A stretch of 64,000 nucleotides of DNA from Octopus sinensis (GCF_006345805.1 NC_043019.1:22753360-22817359), one strand, 5' to 3'. Shown: positions 1 to 12,254, counted from the first letter of the stretch. A program made the numbers and translations. The notes: generated by a model from the letters alone, not told the origin.

Positions 1-477
1 AGAGTAGGTAAAGATATGAAAAAGCTGAATCAAATTAATTAATAAGATAATTAATAACATATAGTGATTAATAAATTATTGGTAGGTTTGGTGTAGTTTG
101 GGTTAGGGTAGTAATAATAAAGTAAAGATTTAGATTAAGTTAAAAACCACATGAAAGTATAAAGGTTTATTAAGAAATCTTATTTTTTAAGAAAACAAAG
201 AGATTCTGAAGATATTAGTAAAAGGAAGCTATTTAAAAATAATTAAATTAATTGAACAAAATACTTAAGAGAGAGTTAATTAGTCGGGGATAAATATGGT
301 TGGTTAAAAAGTATCAAAGGAATTTAGACATGAAATGGCTGTGTAGACAGTTACCGAAGAGAATGAAAGGTAGAGAGAAAGCGGTAAAACAGATTTACAA
401 AAATTGGGGGGGGAAAAAAAAAAATTAAATTTTAAATTAACAGGTATTTCGATGCTTTGATCTTTGAGAAGGTTAAG

Positions 478-508
<31 letters not shown>

Positions 509-579
509 TAATATAGAAAAGGTATAAGCTTAACGATGATCATAACTATAGGAGGAAAGATATTAAATTGATAAAATGA

Positions 580-595
580 AGTGTGTGTGTATATA

Positions 596-628
<33 letters not shown>

Positions 629-668
629 CACACACACGCACACATATATACACATACATATACGCATA

Positions 669-710
<42 letters not shown>

Positions 711-841
711 CATATATATATATACACACATATATACACACACGTATATAACATGGAATGTATGTGTTTCCACTTGTGCATGTATTTGTATATGTGTATA
801 CACTTGTGTGTGTGTTTATAAGTATGTGCATTATATGCATT

Positions 842-872
<31 letters not shown>

Positions 873-880
873 CAGGGTGA
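580..880. repeat. Compound (TA)n/(CA)n/(TG)n microsatellite
   Basis: Direct reading of sequence. Confidence 0.95.
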
Positions 881-1580
881 ATTGATAGACAGATACATTT
901 ATGCATATATATATACAAAAGTGTATGTATGTGTTTGCGTATACATGCTTGTGGCTGTGTTTATTAGCGCGTGTCTATATTCAGATATGCTTCTATGAAA
1001 GAAGGCACGGTGTGTGTGTGAGTGTATATATGTATGTGTATGTGAGAAGAGAAAATGTATGTATATGCATGTGTGTGTGTGTGTGTGTGGTGATAAAATG
1101 CCACTAAAGGAGGCTGTTACTCAACAGCAACCCATCTTTCTCTCTCACCAAGTTGCCGCTTCTCTCTTCTGATTGACATTAAAAGAAAATCAATGAACAG
1201 GAAGAACTAAAGAGAGAAAAGCATGAAGATGGAAAGGCAGTGGAGATGATGATGATGATGATGGCGATGATGATAATGGTGGTGGTGGTAGTGGTGGTGG
1301 TGATGATGATGCGATGGTGATGAAACTGTTAGTGACTGTATGTAATAAAGAATGTCTGTGCAAGTATTATAAGTATGTATAATGTGTATGCATATGTGTG
1401 TATGTGTGAGCACGTGCACTTGTATATGTGCATTTGGGTCTTTGGTTGTATGTGTAGAAGTATCTGTATAGAGGCATGTGATTGTGTTTATATATCTATA
1501 CGTGCATGGGTGCTGGTACATGTGTATAGATATCTGCATAAATATATAGCCCAACATATGCGAGTATGTGTATCTGCATA

Positions 1581-1589
<9 letters not shown>

Positions 1590-1615
<26 letters not shown>

Positions 1616-1711
1616 GGGTATGCATGTTTATAAGATTGTGCATTCATAAGCTTTTATCTATGTGTATCTATGTATCTCCCTCTCTCTCATATATATATAT
1701 ACATATAGATA

Positions 1712-1748
<37 letters not shown>

Positions 1749-1793
1749 TTAGATACCTATATATATATACATATATATATACACATTTAGATA

Positions 1794-1832
<39 letters not shown>

Positions 1833-1843
1833 CATATATATAT

Positions 1844-1935
<92 letters not shown>

Positions 1936-1950
1936 TACACATATATATAC
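1590..1950. repeat. Long interrupted (TA)n microsatellite
   Basis: Direct reading of sequence. Confidence 0.95.
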
Positions 1951-2133
1951 TTACACATTTGTACAGAGCTCCATTGCAGCTATCATTTAGAAATCAATCT
2001 CCACAGAATATAGATGTAAATAACAAAAACAGGAACAGAAGAAACCACAAAAGGTGCTACTGATAGGAGAATGTGATAACCTAGTTGGCACATGTACATG
2101 CACACAAAGACAATAATAAGGGAACCACTACAC

Positions 2134-2383
2134 CAGTGTTTCTCAACCACTTTTTAATTATAGACCCCCCTCTGATACTTATTTTACTCAGTAGACCCTT
2201 CAAGCTATTCAATGTTTAAAAGGTCAGATTATCTTTTTAGAGTATTAGAAATTGAATCAAAAAATTGTGGTTCAAATATCTTCTGTATTGTAGAAGTATA
2301 ACCAATTTATTTCAATTAAATTTCAACAATGAAATCTTACATGGACCTCCAAGGGCCATATGGACCCCTGTTAAGAATCACTG
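2134..2383. mobile_element. hAT/Charlie-like MITE
   Basis: Termini CAGTGTTTCTCAACC and TGTTAAGAATCACTG are imperfect inverted repeats with CAGTG ends; no clean TSD seen. Confidence 0.55.
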
Positions 2384-2821
2384 CACACAGTTGCTCAGCC
2401 CTTGGTCAGCAGCTTTGACCGAGTACATCTATGATCACAGACAGTCTAACCATGCCACTACACCAGTTGTTCAGTTTCAGCTAGTTTATATACCAAGCTC
2501 TCTTATCCAATAGATATTTAATTTTTTTTAAAAATATGACAAGGTATATTTAGAGGGAGATTTGGCTGCTATTTTTAGCAAGGACAAGCAAAAACTCCCT
2601 CATTGACATGCCTCTACTTGGTCATTCTTCTGGCTACAAACACTGGCTAAAAATCTCTCTAAAAACACAACCTAAGATCTTTAAGAAATGGAAGGACATT
2701 TTGGATAATGTAATCCTAAATACGCTAATGTAGTTGCAGGCAGGTCTGAAGAGTCATGTTGGGCATGGCTGGCACAAGTTTGATCATAGATCTGTACAAT
2801 TAAGGCTGACACACAGATGGG

Positions 2822-3310
2822 CTTCTTTCAGTTTCTTATTTCTTTATTGCCCACAAGGGGCTAAATATAGAGGGGACAAACAAGGACAGACAAAGGGGTT
2901 AAGTCAATTACATCGACCCCGGTGAGTAACTGGTACTTAATTTACCAACCCCCCAAAAGGATGAAAGGCAAAGTTGACCTCGGCAGAATTTGAACTCAGA
3001 ACGTAGTGGCAGACGAAATACTTCTGCTAAGCATATTGCCTGGCATGCTAACGTTTCTGCCAGCTCACCCCCTTTAAAACATCTATTTCTTTACCCACAA
3101 GGGACTAAACACAGAGGGGACAAACAAGAACAGACAAAGGGATTAAGTCAATTACATCAACCCCAGTGTGTAAATGGTACTAAATTTATCGACCCTGAAA
3201 GGATGAAAGGCAAAGTCGACCTTGGCAGAATTTGAACTCAGAACGTAGTGGCAGACGAAATACTGCTAAGCATTTCGCCCGGCATGCTAACGTTTCTGCC
3301 AGCTTGCCGC
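2822..3310 (-). mobile_element. Two tandem copies of tRNA-headed SINE family B
   Basis: Head GGCGGCGAGCTGGCAGAAACGTTAGC, B-box-like GAGTTCAAATTCC, core GCCTTTCATCCTTTCGGGGTCGATAAATTAAGTACCAG (resembles the Meta-SINE/Sauria-type core from memory). Confidence 0.85.
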
Positions 3311-3650
3311 TTCTTTCAGCTTCTGTCTACCAAATCCACTCACAAGGCTTTGGTCAGCCTGAGGTTACAGCCGAAGACACTTGCCCAAGGTGTTACACAG
3401 TGGGACTGAACCTGGAACAATTTGGTTGGGAAGCAAGCTTTTTACCACAGCCATACCGGCACCTACTAAATTCTTCATTATTTCCAAAATTAATTAAGCA
3501 AAGGCAAATAGCAAAAGGAGTTACAGAAAAATTTTCACTCTCAGAAATTTTTTAAAATAAAATCAAAGATGCAGGAGAAGAAAAGATTATAAAAATAAGG
3601 AAGTGTGGGGAGAAAATGTTAAACTAAGAAATAAAGAATTGGTAATTTAC

Positions 3651-3752
3651 CTGTACTTGGAATATATGTTGAGTGTCATCAAGCATTTTAACATGAAGGT
3701 TGATTAGTTTACCCTTACGAGGGGATTTTGGTGAAATAGTATCTGCTGCCAT
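3651..3752 (-). CDS. FARP: First coding exon of a FERM, ARHGEF and pleckstrin domain protein (FARP1/2, Cdep-like); gene continues left of the window
   Basis: Minus-strand translation MAADTISPKSPRKGKLINLHVKMLDDTQHIFQVQ. It matches the FERM N-terminus of FARP1 (GKLVSIKIQMLDDTQEAFEV, recalled). In-frame TAA 6 codons upstream of the ATG; phase-0 donor CAG|GTAAAT at 3650. Confidence 0.88.
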
Positions 3753-3960
3753 TGTAGAATCTGTTAATTACTCTTTAATCTCTTTCTTTCTTTCTATTCT
3801 TTTTGTTCTTGTTTTCTTTTCTTCTTCAGTGAAATGACTTCTATTGTTTTGTTTTTTTTTGATAATTTATTTTCTTCCCCCTTTTCTTTCCGATTCCGTT
3901 TGGATAACTTTTACTAAGGAAATTTCATTTTTTTCTTCTTTTTTTAATACCTTGAGAGCC
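3753..3960 (-). other. 5' UTR part of the FARP exon
   Basis: Strong acceptor TTTTTTTTTCCTTTTTGCAG| at 3961-3980; no other good acceptor between it and the ATG. Confidence 0.75.
3914..3928 (-). promoter_or_regulatory. Minimal uORF (MKFP*) in the FARP 5' UTR
   Basis: ATG AAA TTT CCT TAG; the only upstream ATG in the exon. Confidence 0.5.
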
Positions 3961-4094
3961 CTGCAAAAAGGAAAAAAAAAATCATTAGCAAAGGTAAAAA
4001 AAAAAATTTTTTAAATTAAACAGCAAAAATAAAAAACAAAAAAATTGAAACAATTTCATAGACAGAAATGAAGTTCAACAGTTCTATTGTTTCA

Positions 4095-4505
4095 TTATTG
4101 CCATTTAATGTCTACTTTCCCATGTTTGCAAGGGTCAGACTGAATTTGTTGAGGCAGATTTTCTACAGCCTGATGCCCTTCCTCTCACCAACTCTTACCT
4201 GTTTCCAAGCAAGGTAGTATTTGCCCATGGTAAGACAAGTTTTACATGGAAAAACTACAAGTCAACAACCTCACTTGAATGACAGTGCTCATTTACAACC
4301 ATTACATGTCAAAAGAAGGGTGCACAGACTCATGCACACACACGACAGGCTTCTTTCAGTTTCCATCTCCCAAATCCACTCACATGGCTTTAGTTAGCTC
4401 AAGGCTACAGCAGAAGATACTTGACCAAGATGCTGCATAGCAGGACTGAAGCTGAGACCTCATAGTTAGGAAGCAAGCAAGCTCTTTAACTATGCAACCA
4501 TGCCT
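4095..4505 (-). mobile_element. SINE with family-A head and RTE-type 3' tail
   Basis: Family-A-like head/core joined to a GGAAGGGCATC...AGACATTAAATG tail similar to the RTE 3' ends in this window. Confidence 0.7.
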
Positions 4506-4647
4506 GTGCTTATGCCATATGTATTTCCTACGCTGCATTACTACCAATTTGAAAATGGTTTTTGCGGCATCTTACCACCGTCTTCCTCTGAGTGGATTTG
4601 GTAAACAGAAACTGAAAGTAGAGGCTTATCATGTATGTGTGAATTTT

Positions 4648-5203
4648 GGAAGTATGCTGTGCGTGAGAAGACCCGGAGGACAAATGAGGCCATAATCCCA
4701 TGGCCTCTACCTGGGATGTAGCCAGCCCACTTATGCATTCCTTTCCTTCTTGGGACACAAAACTCCACTTGTGAAGACCTGTTGAGGCAAGTGAAAATCA
4801 AAATCGCAATCGATCAACATCAGTGGAATATGTAGCTGCGATACCAGTGGCACGTAAGAGAACCATCTGAATGTGGCCATAGCCAGCGCCGTCCTGAATG
4901 GCCTCCGTGCCGGTGGCACGTAAAAAGCACCATCCGATCGTGGCCATTGCCAGCTTCGTCTGGTCTCCGTGCCGGTGGCACATAAGAAGCACCATCCGAT
5001 CGTGGCCGTTTGCCAGCCTCGTCTGGCACATAAAAAGCACCCACTACACTCACAGAGTGGTTGGTGTTAGGAAAAGCATCCAGCTGTAGAAACACTGCCA
5101 GATCAGACTGGAGCCTAGTGCAGCCTTCTGGCTTCCCAGACCCCAGTTAAACTGTCCAACCCATGCTAGCATGGAAAGCGGACGTTAAACAATGAGGATG
5201 ATG
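4648..5203 (+). mobile_element. 5'-truncated RTE LINE 3' end (last codons plus 3' UTR)
   Basis: WKYAVREKTRR end of ORF; UTR with GTGCCGGTGGCAC-GTAAAAAGCACC repeats; tail GGAAAGCGGACGTTAAAC(GAT)n; homologous to 13139-13920. Confidence 0.8.
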
Positions 5204-5772
5204 TACATGTGTATGCACATATGCATGTCTCTATGTTAGTTTACATTTGTTGTTCTCCAAAACTTGCAACCTAGAAGCAGTGTTGTTGTTGTCATTCCCC
5301 TGTCACAAAATAACCTGCTGGAGTTGTGCCTTTAAAGATACGTGAAACAAGCGATCCCTTATTTGAAAAACATGTGTTAGCAACAGGAAGAGCATCATCA
5401 ATGCCTGAACGATATATTCATCTAATCTATGCAAGCTGGGGGAAAAAATGGATGTTAAACACGAAAGAATGAACATATGTATGTACATACACACACACAC
5501 AACACACACACACACACACACAGAATAAAAATTGTGCCAGAAAAGTGTAACATATAACCAAAAGGTTGGGGCACACCACTTTTTTGTTCAGTATGGTTTG
5601 ACAAAGTATTATAACATCAGATAAGCTAAGTGTGTAGTCATCTGTACAGTCATACTGAAAAGGGGGACAGAGAAAGTCTAACTGGTATTTTATGCTTTAT
5701 ATAATGTACATATATTTCATTAAGCTGACTATAATGTAATCCAGCTGGCCCCCATTACATAACACAGTATAG

Positions 5773-5987
5773 TCTCTCTTTTACTCTTTTACTTGTTTCA
5801 GTCATTTTGACTGCGGCCATGCTGGAGCACCGCCTTTAGTCGAGCAAATCGACCCCGGGACTTATTCTTTTTGTAAGCCCAGTACTTATTCTATCGGTCT
5901 CTTTTGCCGAACCGCTAAATAACGGGGACGTAAACACACCAGCATCGGTTGTCAGGCAATGCTAGGGGGACAAACACAGACACACAA

Positions 5988-6044
<57 letters not shown>

Positions 6045-6209
6045 TACGACAGGCTTCTTTCAGTTTCCGTCTACCAAATCCACTCACAAGGCATTGGTCG
6101 GCCCGGGGCTATAGCAGAAGACGCTTGCCCAAGATGCCACACAGTGGGACTGAACCCGGAACCATGTGGTTGGTTAGCAAGCTACTTACCACACAGCCAC
6201 TCCTGCGTC
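5773..6209 (-). mobile_element. Full-length tRNA-headed SINE family A (CORE-like)
   Basis: Head GCAGGAGTGGCTGTGTGGTAAG, B-box GGTTCAGTCCC, CORE-like CTTGGGCA segment, internal microsatellite, (GTAAAAGA)n tail. Confidence 0.85.
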
Positions 6210-6578
6210 TGTTCACTTCATCTGTATTATCGGCAAAAATACACACACACGCACATAGATGAAATATTTGTTTTGCTTGGGCACAAGTTAACCCCTTTAT
6301 TAAAGTGTCAGCTGAATCAGCAATAAATTTTTATTCTAAAATGCAGGTAAGAGATTCCCAATACTTAGCTTATGGTTGAAACAGTTCACAATGAAATATT
6401 CTGCTGACCAGAAGCCCAATAAAAATGGGATTTGAACTCACAAATGATGTGCAGGCAATATCAAGGCCTTAACCACGTAGCCACTATTAGCTTCATGTCT
6501 ACTATAAAGTAAATGTACCCCTAAATATTTAGCTTTAACCCTTTCATTGGCATATGTCTAATGAAATACACTACTTAT

Positions 6579-6878
6579 CACCGTGACCGACGAGGCTATC
6601 AGATATTACTACACATCGCTGGTCACAATGCACTTCGCATTGTTTAAGACTTCAAATGACGCCAGCCCGCTGGCTAAGCAAGCAGGCCAACAGAAGAAAG
6701 TGTGAGAGAAAGTTGTAGCGAAAGAGTACAGCAGGGATTGCCACCACCCCTTGCCAGAGCCTCGTGGAGCCTTAGGTGTTTACGCTCAATAAACACTCAA
6801 CGCCCGGCCTGGGAATCGAAACCGCGGTCCTACGACCGCAAGTCCACTGTCCTAACCACTGGGCCATTGTGCCTCCAC
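6579..6878 (-). mobile_element. tRNA-headed SINE (GGAGGCACAATGGCCCAGTGGTTAG head)
   Basis: A- and B-boxes; 11-bp TSD ACACTACTTAT at 6568-6578 and 6879-6889. Confidence 0.85.
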
Positions 6879-7339
6879 ACACTACTTATGTGGTTCAATA
6901 ACGTTTGAAAATAACACATGAACTGCCACATGTATCACTGGTGGTACACTGCAAACTTCAAACAACTGCCATATACACCACCTGTGATATATTATCGTAA
7001 TTTGAGAAAATAATTCATTCTGTATCTTTGACATGGTTTTGAGGATATCTGAATAATATGGAATACTGAATATTAAAATTTAATTATGAAATATTGTAAA
7101 AATGCAAAATAATTATATTTCCTTGTAATTAAACAGTATACTGTGTGACTGGGCGAAATATGTGGCGTCACTATAAGTTCCAGTAAAATGCTGTGGCAGT
7201 TAATGTGATAAAAATTAGAATTTAATAAAATAATTTTTTCCTTAATTAGTATATTAAGTTAGTGTTTGAAACCTAACTTAATAAAAGATATATATATATA
7301 TATATATAAAATTCCTGGTTTATTATTTGTCCTCAATAG

Positions 7340-7960
7340 TTGAAGGTCGCTGTGTAGAAGTTACTCAAAGAATAGATAAGGCTAAAACTACATTTATAAG
7401 AAAGTGGTTCTTCCTCCTCTCCCTTTCACCTAGCACCAGTCTTGGGGGTTCTGAAAATGTCAGAGGCACTACCATTCTCCTTTCAACTCTAAAACCATCA
7501 AATCTTTCAATACCAACTGGTTTGAATCCACCTCTAGACATAAGAAACAGAACCCCACTTTTTGGTTTTTGAAATATTCATATTGAAATTAAAACCTTCA
7601 CCTTAAAAGACCTAAAATTGAAGCTAATCATCCTCTATAAAGCGGAAACTTGGACAATGTACTGAACAAGAGAGAAGAAGATAGATGTATTCGAGAGGTG
7701 TATCTTTTATGGATGGGGCAGAATAAGCTGGTAAGAAAAAACCCAACAAAATAACAAATGCCACAATACTAGAAAAGCTGAAAGTTCAAAGATACCCACT
7801 GTCTCTAGAAACAAGTTCACAAAGTTATACTTTGGACATATAAGGCACCATAAGTCATTGTCAAAGACCAACCTGAGTGGAAACGAAGAAGGGAAGAGAA
7901 CAAGAGACTGTCAAGGACATTTGTGGAATGACGACATCAAAGAATAGACCAAAAACAAGG
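7340..7960 (+). mobile_element. Degenerate RTE (BovB-like) LINE ORF C-terminus
   Basis: Fragments EVTQRIDKAKTTF, ILYKAETWTM, KIDVFER, FGHIRHH, WNDDIKE parallel the RTE C-terminal motifs; stops and frameshifts present. Confidence 0.7.
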
Positions 7961-9121
7961 ACAGCATAACTCAGAGGGAACTGGAGAGTTTGGAGAAGAA
8001 GGGCAGTTGGTTGATGGCAGATGATATAAAATTACGATGGAAGATTTTAGTTTTACTATGAATATTTCAAAAACCAAAAAGGATGTGTTTGTTTCTTATG
8101 TCTAAGAGTGGATTCAAACAGTATTGAAAGGTTTAAATGGTTTAAGGCAGTTAAAAGGGGAATAGTAGTGCCTCTGATATTTGCAGAGCCTCCAAGACTA
8201 GTGCTAGATGAAAGGGAGAGGAGAAAGAACCATATTTCTGGGGTTGTTGGAAGTGGAAGTAATACATTGAGATATCAAGGAATCTATGAACAAAAGAGAA
8301 ACCCGAAGCCCAATTCTTGTAACAAAGAAGGCTTTGCTAAAAGTGGTGGTGGTGATGATAGTTAACCCTCATGATAAATCAGATTCACCATTACCAATAT
8401 ATATATGTTATTGATCCCTGCAAGAATGATGAAGAATACAAAGTGACCTTCATCACAGCGGAATACTATCCCATAATGCTATTGATTCTCTCTGCATCTT
8501 GTCTGCCAGTAATCCATAAATAATCTTCCTCTGCATCCTGACCAACCAGACTGGCATTAGAAATAGTCTTGATAATGACTTTTTATTAATTATATTTACC
8601 AATAACTCGTTATCTACAAGATTGCATTACAACACAAATAACAGCAAGCACAAGTCAACCAAAGAGTTGCTACATGCACCCTTGATTTTGCTAGAAATAG
8701 CAATCATATGCTCTAAAAATCACATCTATTATCCTAAAAGAAAAAGACAAATCATCTCTGGAAAGACAGGAGGGTCATCATTAGAATGTCTTTGATTATA
8801 AATTTGCTCAGCCAGGGTGGATCTTTGGTTGAACATACAGCATGAGTTAACCAAAATCTCCCTTAAGAAAGATTCCTGTTGTCTTAAAGCAAAAGAAAGA
8901 TGAACACATTAGTTAAAATAGTCCTAGATATATTTAAGCAGATGGAATGGATGGTTACGACAGGAATACCTTCAGTCATGGTAGACCCAGGGTTAAACAT
9001 CAACATCATCAACCTCAATAGGAGTAAAAACTGAATTCCAAGCTGGAAAATCACACCAACATTTTTACAGTTTCAGTTTGCTATTTCCATACTGGGGTAC
9101 ATAGACACACAGAAAAACAAG

Positions 9122-9163
<42 letters not shown>

Positions 9164-9169
9164 AATTCA

Positions 9170-9870
9170 GGGTGAATACTTGATAATTGTAAGCACCTGT
9201 ATATACCATTTAGTGGTGTAGGTGATAGAGTATATTAATCAAAATAAAAACATGGATTTAGCGGTACATATGTTTCGGGCCTTTATTAGATGGTTTTATA
9301 ACAATGCATAATGTGTGTCTATAGCCTCCTTCAGCTGCGTACAATTACTACTTCAAGGACATGTATTACATTATGAGTTTTATGTTGGGGATGCAAATCC
9401 TCATAGTCGCGTATGACAGAGTGGGGTACCAACATAAAATCGAAACGTCCATCCCGCCTGTCACTCGATGTAGAAATTTCTACATTGAGTGAAAGACGGG
9501 ATGGACGTCTAAATACTTGGATTCATGTTTTTATTTTGATTAATATATATATATATATATATATATATAATGTTGTATTTGGGGACGGTCATGTTGCCAG
9601 TTTTGTATACAATAGGAATACAAAATGGTTGATCATTAGTAAGGAAAGACACACAAAATAAGAAAGAAGAAAGCAAAGGACCACTGATGAGGTCACAGAA
9701 GTGTGACGAAAGAACTCTAGCCGAAATACAATTAATATAAAATAAAGCTGAAGCAAACACCAAATATATGGTGCGTGTGTTTTTATTAGCCAAACTGGCA
9801 ACACGGCCATCCCCAAATACAACAATATCTGTTTCAACACACAAATTCACATCAAGAATCTTGCAAAATG
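9170..9870. mobile_element. Penelope-like repeat fragments with hammerhead-like motifs and a hairpin
   Basis: CTGATGA...GAAA and CTGAAG...CGAAACATATGTA motifs; CpG retention; flanked by TA runs. Family assignment is inference. Confidence 0.45.
9684..9711 (+). ncRNA. Hammerhead-like core (degenerate)
   Basis: CTGATGA-G-GTCACA GAAG TGTGAC-GAAA; stems I and III not convincingly intact. Confidence 0.45.
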
Positions 9871-9911
9871 AATATATAAACGTATACATACACACACACA
9901 CACACAAACAT

Positions 9912-9957
<46 letters not shown>

Positions 9958-10009
9958 CACACACACACACATACACAATCATATACATACATGTGCACAC
10001 ACTCATGTA

Positions 10010-10228
10010 TAAGGGGGTGCTGAAAAAATTCCTGGCTTTAAGGGTATCATGAAAGGCTTGGATGGAGGCCCAATCTTCCGAGTTCTTTAACAGGGTTTAG
10101 AAAAACTGAAGGACCACTGCTATAACTGTGTGAATCTGAGAGGGGAATATATTCAATAAAATCATAATTAACTGATTCTCCTGTATTTTCTTTTACCCAA
10201 AGCCAGGAACTTTGCAGCACTCACTTGC
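10010..10228 (+). mobile_element. Mariner-derived MITE
   Basis: TIRs GGGGGTGCTGAAAAAATTCCTGGCTTT / AAAGCCAGGAACTTTGCAGCAC; internal GLEKLKDHCYNCVNLRGEYIQ* resembles a mariner transposase C-terminus. Confidence 0.75.
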
Positions 10229-10638
10229 ATATACACAAACACACACACATATAAATGTGCTTTCAGCTCTGTTTCTCTCACTCTCTTCCCCACCAAACAC
10301 ACACACACACACATACGCCCTGAAGCACGTGAGCCAAGTGTAATAGAGAAGGTATCAAAACCTGATATTAAAGATAGAATAGAGTATAAAGTAAGGGAAC
10401 GCAGGTTTGAGTAAGGATTAGGGAAGAACAAGGTAGAGGAGAGCATGGAGAATAGAGAGTGATTAGTATATGTGAGAGAACAAATGAGAGTGTGAGAGAC
10501 AGGTGTGTGAGAGCGCATGTGTGGTAAAGAATAGACATTGTAACAAAAGACAACCGACCTACCAACCAACCAGCCAGCCAGCCAACAATCAGCTCCAGAT
10601 TTAGGTTAAATTCACATATCTATTCTAAGACACACATA

Positions 10639-10870
10639 TATTTCTTTACTACCCACAAGGGGCTAAACATAGAGGGGACAAACAGGGACAGACAATGGGA
10701 TTAAGTTGAATAAATCGACCCCAGTGCGAAACTGGTACTTTATTTATTGACCCCTGAAAGGATGAAAGGCAAAGTCGACCTCGGCGGAATTTGAACTCAG
10801 AACATAACGACAGATGAAATACCGCTAAACATTTCACCTGGCGCGCTAACGTTTCTGCCAGCTCGCCGCC
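10639..10870 (-). mobile_element. Young full-length SINE family B
   Basis: 16-bp TSD TTCTAAGACACACATA at 10623-10638 and 10871-10886. Confidence 0.9.
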
Positions 10871-12254
10871 TTCTAAGACACACATAGACCCACACACATA
10901 CACGCATGCACAGGGGCACACACACACAGCATGGTTGTGTTTGTTAAGAAGCCCCTTTTGAAACACAAGGCTCCATGTTTCGTCCCTGCTATGTAGCACT
11001 TTTGGGTCAGTATCTTCTGCTATAGCCTCAGGCTGACCAATGTCTTGTGAGTGAATCTGGTAGATGGAAACTGTGTGGAAGACTGTTGTGTGTGTGTATG
11101 TGTGTACATATGTGTATGTCTTTGAGTTTAGCCACCCCTCCCCCCACCACCTGACCAACAGTTCTCTTTTGTTTACATTCTTCAAAATTAGGGGTTTCAG
11201 TAAAAAGAGACAAAAAGAACAAGTAGCAGACTTGCAAAGTAAGTACTGGGGTCAATTTGTTTTGCTTCCCAACCACATGGTTCTGGGTTCAATCCCACTG
11301 CATGGCATTTTGGGTGTCTTCTACAATAGCCTTGGGTTGACCAAAGTCTTGTGAATAGATTTGATAGATGGAAACTGAAAGAAGCATATTGCATATATAT
11401 ATATATTTATATGATTGCAAAAGAAGCTTCATAACTACACGGCCATGCCTGGGTTTCATTTTTGTTCCAGGTCCTTTTTTATTTCCTTTTGCTCTTGAAG
11501 ACTTGGTGCACCTTGTAAAGGTATATGTAAATCTACACACACACATACATACATACATACATATTCAAGGTTCTGATGAAGCTATGCGGTGTTACTCAGG
11601 CACTCAACTATGAGTGCACTGGATCTTATAGCAGAAACAGCTCCTTTGTCATCTCATTTTCTTGCATACATACATATATATTTGTGGTGATGGCACATGG
11701 CCTAGTGGTTAGGGTGTTGCACTCATGATCATAAGATCACACTTTCAATTTCTGGACTGGGCAGTGCATTGTGTTCTTGAGCAAAACACTTCATCTCACA
11801 TTGCTCTGCAATCACTCCAACTCTTGGACAAGTGCTACATCATGCATCTGTTCAGGCAACATTGATTTGATGGGGAGAAGGAGCTGATGTATAGATTTTT
11901 ACATTTTTTACTGGTTTCAGTCATTGGAGTGCGGCCATGCTGGGGCATCACCTTAAAACAATTTTAATCAAATTGACCCCAGTACTTATTTTCTTTAAGC
12001 CTGGTATTTACTCTCTAAGTCCCTTTTATCAAACCGTAAAGTTAACAAGGACATAAACATACCAACACCGGTTGCCAAGCAATGGTAGGGGACAAACAGA
12101 CACAAAGGCGCATGCACACACACACACGACAAGCTTCTTTCAGTTTCTGTCAACCAAATCCACTCTAGTAGAAGACACTCAGCCACACAGTGAGACTGAA
12201 CCTGGAGCCATGAAGCTGGGAAGAGAGCTTCTTACCACACAGTCACTTCTACAC

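Noticed and set aside
304-1752. Long ORFs rich in Y/I/C/V/H/T
   Set aside because: Translations of dinucleotide microsatellites; the same applies to ORFs at 22445-22814, 33930-34634, 46132-47162 and 56737-57202.
1-3650. Second FARP coding exon (expected AKA...YFGL-type sequence)
   Set aside because: Not found by eye on the minus strand; it presumably lies left of the window.
5773-6209. tRNA genes
   Set aside because: All tRNA-like heads here are followed by SINE bodies and tails; none forms a complete cloverleaf.
8108-8365. 85-codon ORF MDSNSIERFKW...
   Set aside because: GTG start, no recognisable homology, no supporting splice structure.
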